This document shows positions 22,245 through 33,868 of a DNA stretch of 36,515 bases, one piece after another. The notes under the pieces were generated by a model. It was not told where the DNA came from. It saw only the letters and a program-made list of their open reading frames with translations, and did no database searches. The position numbers were made by a program, and so were the translations under genes. The first letter of the stretch is position 1. The number at the start of each line of letters is the position of its first letter. Location: contig NC_068988.1 in assembly GCF_001194135.2 (NCBI RefSeq), positions 58,084,382 through 58,120,896 on the forward strand, written 5' to 3'. This stretch comes from Octopus bimaculoides. Its lineage: Eukaryota.

Positions 22245-22809
22245 NNNNNNNNNNNNNNNNNNNNNNNNNNNNNNNNNNNNNNNNNNNNNNNNNNNNNNNN
22301 NNNNNNNNNNNNNNNNNNNNNNNNNNNNNNNNNNNNNNNNNNNNNNNNNNNNNNNNNNNNNNNNNNNNNNNNNNNNNNNNNNNNNNNNNNNNNNNNNNNN
22401 NNNNNNNNNNNNNNNNNNNNNNNNNNNNNNNNNNNNNNNNNNNNNNNNNNNNNNNNNNNNNNNNNNNNNNNNNNNNNNNNCCTGTGTTAGTAATTAGAGT
22501 CGGGTTACTGTGTGCACACCGTGTTGCAATCTAATTGAGACGACACACTCAGGCAAGTTGCGACGTCGAGGCACAAGAAATGCCTTCCACTTCAAACAAA
22601 CTCACTCTGAAACGTTGATCTGGGATCTTATAATTAGTGCGGGGACGGCGGTCGGTTGGTCGGTTGGGTGGGTGAGATGTCGGTGGAGGTTGGAGGGCAA
22701 GAGTGGGTTGGGGATGAGGGAATATATGTGTTGTATGTGTATATGTGTATGTGTATATGTCAATATAGGTATATGTCTGTGTGTGTGTGCATGTGCATGT
22801 GTGTGTATG

Positions 22810-22890
<81 letters not shown>

Positions 22891-23261
22891 TCACACATGT
22901 ATGTGTTTATATATCTATATACACACTTACACATGTATATGTTTTTATATATATATATGCACACATTCATGCATGTATGTATATATATATATATATATAT
23001 AGGTACATGAAGTACATGTGTGTTCGTATATGTGTATATATATTATGCTTGCATTATATACCTATACGTACATACACAAAATACATACATGGAAGAATAC
23101 ATGCACATACATGAACATGAATACATACACATACACAAATACTTATGTGTGTACATACATGAATACATGCATGCCTACATGCACACATGTATATTGCTAT
23201 ATTTGCTGAACACTTCATGCACTGAATACTGCAAGACTATTAACTGTGAGCATGTATGTTT

Positions 23262-23308
<47 letters not shown>

Positions 23309-23410
23309 ATGTACGTGTGTTTTATCATTCTCATTCCATTTGCTTACAGGTCTGATGTATCTAAATTGCATTACTGCCATTGCCTTATTAAATTTACTTT
23401 TACATCATAC

Positions 23411-23444
<34 letters not shown>

Positions 23445-23834
23445 CACTACTACTACTACTACTACCCACCACTACCACCACCATCACCACCACCACCACC
23501 ACCACTAGTTGTAGGTATATCATCATCTTATATCTCAATGGAGTATTACAGAGTATTATCTTATCTACGTTTGGTAAAGAGATGGATTTGCAGTTGATAG
23601 TCGATGTTGTTGTTGTTGTTGTTGTTTAATTGCTGCTCCGACTTGGTTCCAGTTGTGACCATCTTGTCATTTATTGAGACAAAGCATCCAGGACTGCGTT
23701 ATCCAGTGTGAACCACATAAAGACTTCCTCGTTTGCTCAGAAACTCCTTTGACCCTAGGTCTGCTGTTTTAGGACTGACCAGGGACTAAACCCATTTAGA
23801 ACTATCCTGGGGTTAAACAACAACAACCTTTGAC

Positions 23835-24457
23835 CATAGGCACAGGTATAAAAGGGTAAGGAGTAAAAGCCCTCTTTGGTGAGGAATGACCATGGGATTG
23901 CACTGTGGAGGCCTGTGGTTAAGTGGCTTGGGTGTTAAACTCATGATTGTAAGGTTGTGGTTTCCAATCCTGGATCAAGCAATGTGTTGTGTTCTTTGAG
24001 AAAAACACTTCATTTCATGTTGCTCCAGTCTACCCAGCTGGTAAAATTGAGTAATTAATCCTTTGATGGACTGGTGTCCTGTCCAGGTGGGAAATTAATA
24101 TGCCATGAAACTGGGAAATGGGTCCTTGTGAATCGTCATGACTTGAAAAGCTTACTTTAGCTACCTATGAGATTGCACCTATAAAGTTCCCCTTTGAGGC
24201 ACCAGTCTGGCCAAGGTTGTTTATGGAAGACCAGCAGTCACTTGTGGATACCAGCCTCCCTTCTCCATGCTACTGATGTTATCCAAGGAAAAGGCAAAGG
24301 CTGATACAAGTTGGCATCAATAATGTCACGACTCATTTCTATAGATGAGGGAACTTGAGCAATGTGAAATAAAGTGCCTTGCTGAAGAATGCAACACAAT
24401 GCCTGGAACCATGGGGTTCGTAAGCAAGCTACTTACCACACAGCCACTCCTACGCCA
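23835..24457 (-). mobile_element. Older SINE (family A-like head plus CORE-like body) interrupted by a nested insertion
   Basis: Head GTAAGCAAGCTACTTACCACACAGCCAC at about 24420-24447; the CORE-like block is the reverse complement of 23985-24050. Confidence 0.65.
23904..24166 (+). mobile_element. Family B (CORE-like) SINE inserted into the older SINE
   Basis: Flanked by ATGGGATTGCAC (23892-23903) and ATGAGATTGCAC (24167-24178); decayed tRNA head; TTGTGTTCTTTGAG..ACACTTCATTTCA core. Confidence 0.75.
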
Positions 24458-25419
24458 CTCCTAATTGATTGCAAATTAATAAAAAAAATTATTTGAATGC
24501 ATTATCATAAATTCTAATTTATCTTAATTTATTCTTTTCCAGAAAGAAGAGACTGGTGTGAAAACGACATACACCCAAAATCCGAGATCTATGCTGCAGT
24601 ATCAATATGAAAGTGTTTTTTTTGTTGCTCGAAAACCAGCCTAAAAAAAAAACCCAACAAACAAACACAAAACACTCAATCTACAACNNNNNNNNNNNNN
24701 NNNNNNNNNNNNNNNNNNNNNNNNNNNNNNNNNNNNNNNNNNNNNNNNNNNNNNNNNNNNNNNNNNNNNNNNNNNNNNNNNNNNNNNNNNNNNNNNNNNN
24801 NNNNNNNNNNNNNNNNNNNNNNNNNNNNNNNNNNNNNNNNNNNNNNNNNNNNNNNNNNNNNNNNNNNNNNNNNNNNNNNNNNNNNNNNNNNNNNNNNNNN
24901 NNNNNNNNNNNNNNNNNNNNNNNNNNNNNNNNNNNNNNNNNNNNNNNNNNNNNNNNNNNNNNNNNNNNNNNNNNNNNNNNNNNNNNNNNNNNNNNNNNNN
25001 NNNNNNNNNNNNNNNNNNNNNNNNNNNNNNNNNNNNNNNNNNNNNNNNNNNNNNNNNNNNNNNNNNNNNNNNNNNNNNNNNNNNNNNNNNNNNNNNNNNN
25101 NNNNNNNNNNNNNNNNNNNNNNNNNNNNNNNNNNNNNNNNNNNNNNNNNNNNNNNNNNNNNNNNNNNNNNNNNNNNNNNNNNNNNNNNNNNNNNNNNNNN
25201 NNNNNNNNNNNNNNNNNNNNNNNNNNNNNNNNNNNNNNNNNNNNNNNNNNNNAAAACAAAATAAACTACAAATAAATGGGATTTTTTTTGTGAACATTTT
25301 TCTTTGAAGAATTTTTGTTTTAAGAGATGTGTAACCTGTTGGAAACTTTCAGTTCTTTATATTTGTGTGTGTGTGTGTGTGTGTAAGTGTGTTGCGTGTT
25401 TTCTCAGTGTTCTGTTGCT

Positions 25420-25655
25420 GTTTATGGTTAGGTAATTCCTAATAGAGCAGACATATGATCAAAGTTGTACTGGCCATGACCATCCAATATTATTTTTACT
25501 TTGATATATATATATATATATATATATATATGACTACTATAATGTCCAGTGCATCCTTCATATTTCAAGGCAGGTAGAGTGTGAATTGAGGGATATTTGG
25601 CTGTTGTTTCTAGCAGATTGAGTTATCTCATTATGATTCTCTCTCTTTGGCTCAA
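25420..25655. mobile_element. Family D dispersed repeat copy
   Basis: Shared blocks with 405-780. Confidence 0.55.
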
Positions 25656-25748
25656 GACCCTGTTGTGAGTAATGGCCTGGCCTGGCCTAAGAAAATTGTT
25701 CTTCAAACATTCTTGATTAGTTGTGAGGTTGATTTCTTTCGACTAAAC

Positions 25749-26245
25749 TTTGATTGCGAAGACCTATTAATACAAGTGAAATCAAATCAAAATCGCTGAC
25801 GTGGGTAATGATAGTACGGCCCGATTGGCACTCGTGCCTGTGGAACGTTAAAAAGCACATCCAAGCATGATCATTGCCAGAGTCATGGATCGGCTCCTGT
25901 GCCAGTGGCACGTAAAATAGCACCAGTTGAACGTGATCGTTGTCAGCGTCGCCTTACCGGCACATGTGCCGGTGGCATGTGAAAAACAACATTCGAGCGC
26001 GGCCGTTGCCAGTGCCGCCGGACTGGCTCCTGTGCAGGTAGCATGTAAAAAAGCATCTTTTGAGCGTGGTCGTTGCTAGAACAGCCTGGAGTGGTTGGCA
26101 TTAGGAAGGACATCCAGCTGTAGAAACTTGGACAGATCAGATTGAGCCTGGTGCAGCCTTCTGGCTCACCAGTCTTCGGTCAAACCGTCCAACCCATGTC
26201 AGCATGGAAAGCGGACGTTAAACGACGATGATGATGATGATGATG
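25749..26245 (+). mobile_element. 5'-truncated RTE-type 3' region (4 subrepeats, (GAT)n tail) inserted into a family A 3' end
   Basis: Cores at 25834, 25899, 25966 and 26032; host sequence TTCGACTAAAC resumes as AAACCCTTCAAGG at about 26246. Confidence 0.8.
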
Positions 26246-26715
26246 AAACCCTTCAAGGTGGCGCCCCAGTATGGCTGCAGTCTAATGACGAACAAATAAA
26301 AGAATATCTGGAATCTACTGAAGAGTCTTGAAGCATGGCAGTTATTTGGGAGCACCGGAATGTTCTCCATGTGATGCATTCAGAGAGGCAGTGTGAAGGG
26401 CATGCCTAACATCCATGCTCCTTGAGCGACATCAGCACTTGGTACACCAACCAGAATTGTTACACTAGTCATAACATCACCCTTGTTTATTACTAGGATC
26501 ATAATCAAAACTACAGAAGCAGGCTGGGACTGATTTACCTGCTTGAACTTTTACACTGCAGCATATTTGGACAGTAGCACTAATTACCCTCTATGAGTAC
26601 CCCTAAATACGCCAGTATGAGCAATTTGTCCTTTGGTGTGTCTACTTGGGTAACAGGTCTGCAGTAAATATCTGTAATAGTAACAGTAGCAACTTTTGCA
26701 GGTCCACTTCTTGTC

Positions 26716-26875
26716 TTAAACATTTAGCATTCAGATTACTTTGTCAGACGTAATTCGTATTTCTTCACATTTTTTAAAGTTAATGCTGTATTACCTTGTA
26801 GCTTTGAGATTTCGCAAATATGATTGTTCATTTTTAGAATGACATTGCAGAGTAGATGTGAGAATATTTGTGCTT
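26716..26875 (+). mobile_element. TTAA MITE fragment
   Basis: TTAA..TTTAGCATTCAGATTAC terminus; colinear with 7251-7400. Confidence 0.6.
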
Positions 26876-26998
26876 TCCATTGTAATTTCAGTGAATGAGT
26901 TGCTAAAACTACAGGGACGTCTAGTATGGATTAGGTTCACCATATGATGAGCTAAACCTAATCCATACCTTTTGTCCCTTTGGTTTTATCATGATGAG

Positions 26999-27327
26999 TA
27001 AGTGAAAGCGCGTGGCTTACTGGTTAAGAATACTCGGCTCAAGGCCATAAGGTCGTGGGTTCGATTCCTGACGGCGCGTTGTGTCCTTAAGTAAGATACT
27101 TTATCTCACATTGTTCTAGTCAACTCAGCTGGCAAAAATGAGTCGTACCTGTATTTCAAAGAGCCAGCCGTGTCAGACTCTGTGTCACGCTGAATCTCCC
27201 TGAGGACTACATTAAGAGTACGCATGTCTGTGGAGTGCTCAGCCACATGCACGTTAATATCACGAGCAGGTTGTTCCGTTGATCAGATCAACTGGAACCC
27301 TCATTGTTGTAACCGATGGTGTGTCAG
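26999..27327 (+). mobile_element. Full-length tRNA-derived CORE-like SINE (family B) with a 13-bp target-site duplication
   Basis: TTATCATGATGAG at 26986-26998 and 27328-27340; A-box TGGCTTACTGG at 27013-27023; B-box GGTTCGATTCC at 27058-27068. Confidence 0.9.
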
Positions 27328-27948
27328 TTATCATGATGAGGATAGAAGTTACCAAGCACTTAAAATATTGGGTTTACATCAGTGGCATAGCTCAAGTTCG
27401 TGTCAGCCAGGGCCGTACTTGAGCTTACTCCTATTCCCACCCCACAAAACATTCTTTTAAAGTGTCACCCTTTATCCCTTCCGCCCCCCCCCAAATTCTG
27501 CTCAGAATGGTTTGCTTTTCTTTTCCTTTTCTTTTTACAGACCACATTGAGGGTGCCAATAACCAAATACAGTACCATTAAGCTCATAGCAGAGGCATAG
27601 CTAGAGCTTGCGTTACTCGGGGTTGTCTTTGACCTTGTCTCTGTTCTTGGAAAATACATAATACATTTTACATTTCAAATGTGCTGCGTAATACATTCGA
27701 AAATTTCGCATAGAATGGGCCAACACCCTCATCCTTTTTCTTTAGTCATTTGCAGAATATATTGAGTCTACCGAAAACCAACTACTTTCGCATACAATGT
27801 TATTATTCTTTTCTACTCTAGGCACAAAGCCCGAAATTTTGGGCTCTTGTGCTTAGAGCAGAAAAAATTATATTAAATCTGATCTTGAGAGTGAGAAAGA
27901 AAAACAAGTCATTCAAGGGAAGAGTCGTTAGAGCGGCAGACCAAATAC

Positions 27949-28030
27949 CTTGTGGTGTGTCTTCAGGTTCTCTTTGTCTTCAGTCCAAGTCCTGCCAAGT
28001 TAAAATTCGTGTTTTATCTCTTTGGGGTTG
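27949..28030 (-). other. Candidate 82-nt spliced exon (all three frames contain stops)
   Basis: Acceptor TACTTTATTTTAG| and donor AAG|GTATTT; splice signals only. Confidence 0.2.
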
Positions 28031-28289
28031 CTAAAATAAAGTACTTGTCAAATACTGAAGTTGATGAAAAAAGAGCTTAGATGGTTACTGACGAAGGAGC
28101 AAAAACTCCCGAAATATGGCACATACGCCCGTTACCGTTTCTCATTTTCTATCTCATTGTTTGTTTACATCTGGCGTCTCGAATACGAAACGTCCTAACA
28201 AAAATCAAAGCTGGTTATAATTTCTATACAATACTTTTAAAGATAACCTTAACAAGCCTAGCTCTAAATCTGCTTGGGCATAGTTTCTA

Positions 28290-28520
28290 CTTCTGGATGC
28301 CCTTTCTTACGCCAAACACTTTACAGAGCGTACTGGGTGCTGTTTCGTGTACTGGCACTAGTAAGGTTACCAAGTAATTTGCAAGAGAAGCCCTTTCGAC
28401 CGAGTGGAGGGTATAGTCGAAAGGAACGTGGCTTTATTCTAGTATGATAGAAGGACAGGAACTAGTGTCTTGCTGTAGATGAGATATATGGCTACTTCGG
28501 CTGGAAAGAATTGAAAAAGA
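28290..28520 (-). mobile_element. Fragment of an RTE-tailed repeat
   Basis: GGATGCCCTTTCTTACGCCAAACACT is the reverse complement of the conserved GTGGTTGGCGTTAGGAAGGGCATCC block. Confidence 0.5.
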
Positions 28521-28680
28521 TGGTGGTGATGAGATGCCAGAGTGTACCCACACTAATTTACGAGCTGGGAATTCAAATTCCTGGTACTTTGCACCGTGCA
28601 GTATTAATAAACTTGTGTCATTTGTTTTAAAGTACAGGCCCCTGTGTCTTATTTAAATAAACATGTTTGTGCTATTTGTG

Positions 28681-28915
28681 AGGCGGGGAGCTGGCAGAAA
28701 CGGTAGCACGACGGGCGAAATGCTTAGCGGTATTTCGTCTGCCGCTACGTTCTGAGTTCAAATTCCACCGAGGTCGACTTTGCCTTTCATCCTTTCGGGG
28801 TCGATAAATTAAGTACCAGTTACGCACTGGGGTCGACGTAATCGACTCAATCCCTTTGTCTGTCCTTGTTTGTCCCCTCTGTGTTTAGCGCCTTGCGGGC
28901 AATAAAGAAATAAGT
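28681..28915 (+). mobile_element. Family C SINE, young full-length copy
   Basis: AGGCGGGGAGCTGGCAG head, B-box-like GTTCAAATTCC and GCCTTTCATCCTTTCGGGGTCGATAAATTAAGTACCAG core (resembles the MetaSINE domain; unverified). Confidence 0.85.
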
Positions 28916-28917
28916 AT

Positions 28918-29160
28918 TGTTAGCACGCTGGGGAACAGCGCTTAGATAGTGCTTACGTTCTGGGTTTAAATTCCATCGAGGTGGACTTTGGTTTTGATCT
29001 TTCATCGTGCTTACGTTCTGATTTAAAATTCCGTTGAGGTGGACTTTGCTTTTCATCTTTCAGGGTCGATGAAATAAGTACCAGTTGAGCACTGGTCTTA
29101 TGCAATCGACGTAACCTCTCTCCCGAAACTGTTGGCCTTGTACCAAAATTTGAAACCAGC
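28918..29160 (+). mobile_element. Family C SINE, older, with an internal 58-bp duplication
   Basis: GTGCTTACGTTCTG at 28949 and 29007. Confidence 0.75.
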
Positions 29161-29176
29161 ATTTGTGTAATTTGTA

Positions 29177-29398
29177 AAGCGGTGAGCTGGCAAAATCGTT
29201 AGCGCAGCGGGCAAAATGCTTAGCGGTATTTAGTCCGTCTTTACGTTCAGAGTTCAAATTTTACCAAGGTCGACCTTAGCCTTTCGTCGTTTTTGGGGTC
29301 GATAAAATAAGTACGAGTTGAGCACTGAGGTTGATGTAATCGACTTACCCCTGCCTCCAAAATTGCTGGCTTTGTGCCAAAATTTGTAACTAATATTT
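29177..29398 (+). mobile_element. Family C SINE
   Basis: AAGCGGTGAGCTGGCA head and conserved core. Confidence 0.85.
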
Positions 29399-29520
29399 GT
29401 GTTCTTCAGAGGTGACCATCTCTGGTTCGGAAAAATTAATCCGGAAAGATTTTGGAAATAAGAGTTCTGGAAAACTGATATTTGAACTTTAATATTATTA
29501 ATAATAATAATAATAATAAC

Positions 29521-29730
29521 CCTTTCTACTATAGGCACAAGACCTGAAATGTGTAAGAGGGGACTAATCGATTATACTGACCCATTATTTCACTGGTACT
29601 TAATTTATTGACCCCGAAAGGATGAAATGTAAAGTCGACCTCAGCGTAATTAGAACTCAGAACGTAGTGACAGTCGAAATACCGCTAAGCATTTCATCCG
29701 GTGTGCTACCGATTCTGCCAGCTCGCCACC
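29521..29730 (-). mobile_element. Family C SINE
   Basis: Reverse-complement match to 29177-29398; flanked by (AAT)n and (CAC)n. Confidence 0.85.
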
Positions 29731-29777
29731 ACCACCACCACCACCACCACCACAGCAACAACAACAACAACAACAAC

Positions 29778-29808
<31 letters not shown>

Positions 29809-29834
29809 TTCATCATCATCATCATCATCATCAT

Positions 29835-30050
29835 CCTTTCTACTATAGGCACAAGACCTGGATTTTGTGAGGAGGGGGACAGTTGATCACGTTGACATTA
29901 GTACTCAACTGGCACTTAAATTTATCGACCCCGAAAGGATGAAAGGCAAAGTTGGCCTTGGATAGAATTTGAACTCAGGACGTAAAGACGGACGAAATAC
30001 CGCTAAGCATTTTGCCCGGCGTGCTAACGATTCTGCCAGCTAGCCGCCTT
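29835..30050 (-). mobile_element. Family C SINE
   Basis: Colinear with 29521-29730. Confidence 0.85.
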
Positions 30051-30283
30051 AACGATGATAATAATAATGATAATAATAATAATAATAATAATAACAATAA
30101 TAATTTCTTCTTTTATTAGCCACAAGGGCTCACATACAAAAACATTAAATGTCATAAAACAACATAAAAGACAAAAAACAGGACGATACAATGGGTTTTC
30201 CGCGTGTAAACAATATAAATAACAATAAAAATTAAACAAATTAAAACTCCCAACAGGAGAGGCGCTTTAAGGTCCCCGTGGAA

Positions 30284-30324
<41 letters not shown>

Positions 30325-30956
30325 TAATAATATCAACAACAGTGAAAGACAATGCAACGAAAATCAAGTAAAAGAAAGAATATATATANNNNNNNNNNNN
30401 NNNNNNNNNNNNNNNNNNNNNNNNNNNNNNNNNNNNNNNNNNNNNNNNNNNNNNNNNNNNNNNNNNNNNNNNNNNNNNNNNNNNNNNNNNNNNNNNNNNN
30501 NNNNNNNNNNNNNNNNNNNNNNNNNNNNNNNNNNNNNNNNNNNNNNNNNNNNNNNNNNNNNNNNNNNNNNNNNNNNNNNNNNNNNNNNNNNNNNNNNNNN
30601 NNNNNNNNNNNNNNNNNNNNNNNNNNNNNNNNNNNNNNNNNNNNNNNNNNNNNNNNNNNNNNNNNNNNNNNNNNNNNNNNNNNNNNNNNNNNNNNNNNNN
30701 NNNNNNNNNNNNNNNNNNNNNNNNNNNNNNNNNNNNNNNNNNNNNNNNNNNNNNNNNNNNNNNNNNNNNNNNNNNNNNNNNNNNNNNNNNNNNNNNNNNN
30801 NNNNNNNNNNNNNNNNNNNNNNNNNNNNNNNNNNNNNNNNNNNNNNNNNNNNNNNNNNNNNNNNNNNNNNNNNNNNNNNNNNNNNNNNNNNNNNNNNNNN
30901 NNNNNNNNNNNNNNNNNNNNNNNNNNNNNNNNNNNNNNNNNNNNNNNNNNNNNNNN

Positions 30957-31004
<48 letters not shown>

Positions 31005-31183
31005 CACATGTATATATATGCATATATATGCATATATATGTATATATATATTTATGTATATGTATGTATATGTATATATATTTATGTATATGTATGTATA
31101 TATATATGTATATATATGTATGTATATATGTATATGTATATGTATGTATATCTATCTATCTATCTATCTATATATATATATAT

Positions 31184-31603
31184 AGTTTCAGTCATTAGAC
31201 TGTGGCCATGCTGGAGCACCATCTCGAAGAATTTTAGTCGATCGAATCGATCCCAGTACTTATCTTTTTTAAAGCCTGGTACTTATTCTGTCAAGCTCTT
31301 TTGCCGAACCACTAAGTTGCGAGAATATAAACATACAGACACTAGTTGTCAAATGATGACGAGTGACAAACACAAACACAAAGACACACACACACACACA
31401 TACCTCGCACGCGCGCACATACACATACACATGCATATACGACAGGATTCTTTCAGTTTCCGTCTATCGAATCCACTCACAAGGCTTTGGTCGATCCGAG
31501 GCTATAGCAGAAGACATTTGTCCAAGGTGCCACGCAGTGATACTGAACCCGGAACCATGTGGTTGGGAAGCAAGCTACTTATCACACAGCTTCACCTGTG
31601 CCT
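31184..31603 (-). mobile_element. SINE family A, near full length
   Basis: Colinear with 33869-34278. Confidence 0.85.
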
Positions 31604-31699
31604 ATACATACATACATACATACATACATACATACATACATACATACATACATACATACATACATACATACATACATGCATGCATACATATATACATAC

Positions 31700-31905
31700 A
31701 GGTATCTGTGTGAGTCTGCACTTGACAACAAGTAGTGGCTGGCTTACATCCTCGTAACTTGGGGGTTCAGCAAAAAGAGTCTGATAGAGTAAGTACCACA
31801 CTTAAAAAATAAGTACTTGGACCGATTTGTTCGACTAAATCTTCCGAGGCTGTGCTCCAGCATGAGCGCAGTTCAATGGCTGAAACAAGTAAAAGATAAA
31901 AAAGA
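31700..31905 (+). mobile_element. SINE family A 3' half
   Basis: Aligns with 60-232. Confidence 0.75.
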
Positions 31906-32391
31906 TATGGTAGTTGTCTCACATACGCAGTATGAGTGTTTAGACCTTAAAAATAACGCCAACACAACCCGATAATTGAAAATTAGGGAAAATAATCGTG
32001 TTGAAACTACGATGTTTCTGGTATTCATGGCTAACGAGAGGTTATATGTTCATATTTATTTATCTTTTTTCTGTAAAAGTTTTCTGCATCATGTCACTTT
32101 ATTTCCACTGCTTTTACAACGCTATGACAGATAACTACGTTCAAAACGATCAAACGAAGGAATCTGTGTATATAGTCACTTCATCCGATGGAAATAGCAG
32201 CTACTTAACCCTCCAACCACATCTTAAAAAATAAAAGAAGAAACGTTGGGCAGTGCAGTCGTAAGTAGACAGAAAAAAAACAATATGGATAGTAATGTCT
32301 AGAACGCCTTGGCTCATGTCTGGTCAGTTAAGGTTGACCTGAGGGTAAACAGCAACAGCTAGTACTATACTACCTACCTACCACCACCACC

Positions 32392-32453
<62 letters not shown>

Positions 32454-32483
32454 ATAACATTTCTTAGAGAGCAAGGGAGTTAC

Positions 32484-32548
32484 CTGTATCGCGCAATGGG
32501 TTCCCTTGGTCAGCAACCTTATAAAATTCTTCTCAGCCATCACTAATG
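32484..32548 (-). CDS. Candidate 65-nt exon; single open frame (x)LVMAEKNFIRLLTKGTHCAIQ; product unknown
   Basis: Strong acceptor TTGTTGTTTTTCCCTTCTGCCCACAG| and donor CAG|GTAACT; no recognisable homology. Confidence 0.3.
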
Positions 32549-32922
32549 CTGTGGGCAGAAGGGAAAAACAACAACACAAACAGATAAAAGTTCAGGAACG
32601 AGAAGTACTGGGGTTATTTTGTAGATAAGATTCGTATCTTTCCTACTTAATACAAACTTCTTAAATCTATCTTCCTCCCCTTTTTTTCTGTCCTTTTATG
32701 TACGTGCTTGTCTACGCATGCATGTATGTATGTATGTATATATGTATGTACGTGCGTGTGTATGTATGTATGTGTGTACGTGCGTGTGTATATGTATGTA
32801 TGTACGTGCGTGTGTATATGTATGTATGTGCGTGTGTGTATGTATGTATTATGTATGTATTTGCGTGTAATGTTATCCCAATATATATTTGTAAATATAT
32901 GTATGCTATATATATATGTATG

Positions 32923-32993
<71 letters not shown>

Positions 32994-33868
32994 CGTGTAT
33001 AATCTAAGTACTTGAACATATCCATATATGGATGTGAACTCGAGGCTTAAAATTGATTGGTGATAGTTAAATGTCAACGAGTTCCTTAAAATGAAATTAT
33101 TGTAAATAGAATTTAGCAGTAACCATCCATAAATTACCATAATTGGATTGTAACGGTAACCAATCAGAAATGAGTTGATGTTACAACCTCATACTAAGAT
33201 ACAACATGATATTATAGATTGTAAGTACACAGTTTTCGACATCGTTAGATATTTTGGCCGGAAGCCATCATGGGACCTTGTGAGCTATAATAGAACGTTT
33301 TGATGTCTATGAATATATAATGGTTGTTTATGTAGATCTACGTTGTTTTCAAACCCCAGGTCAGTTCTGATCCAACCCACCTAGAAATGATTGAATGTGA
33401 TGTAGCTATGATCATTGCGTTTTTTTTTTGTTTTTGCTTTTTTTTTGATAATCAAGACATTATGTGTCCTAGGTAAGTCGGGTTAAGAAATGTTAATACT
33501 AACCATTCGCCCACAGTCACAAATCAGATTTTATTTTATCGTTCGATCAACTAAAAATTCGGTGAAGTGTAATTTTTGAAATTACACCTTACAGAATTAA
33601 AAAAAAAATTTTTTTTAATCGAAGGTTATTTTAGGTAAACTGTCTGAATCCACCCTCGCTTCGATCCCAGATGTTTATGGCTAGAAAGCCTTTGATCGAG
33701 TCTGACTTGCGACTAATTGACTACACCGACAACAAGCCATTCGGTCGTATTATTGAGAGAATTTAGAAACTATCTGCCGGCGAAAATATATTAACTCGCT
33801 CTTTACAATACCACAACGACATAGCATTAAAAAAAATACAGTTTGAAAGGACGAGGAATATTAGATAT

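Noticed and set aside
26538-26670. Minus-strand exon with CAG|GTAAAT donor
   Set aside because: Stops in all frames, weak acceptor, and sequence that looks repeat-derived
27004-27075. tRNA gene
   Set aside because: A and B boxes are present, but the sequence continues into a CORE-like body and is bounded by a target-site duplication, so it is a SINE head
28392-28424. 9-bp hairpin CCTTTCGAC/GTCGAAAGG, and AT-rich palindromes at 33567-33619
   Set aside because: Short stems, expected by chance in 36 kb; no supporting context
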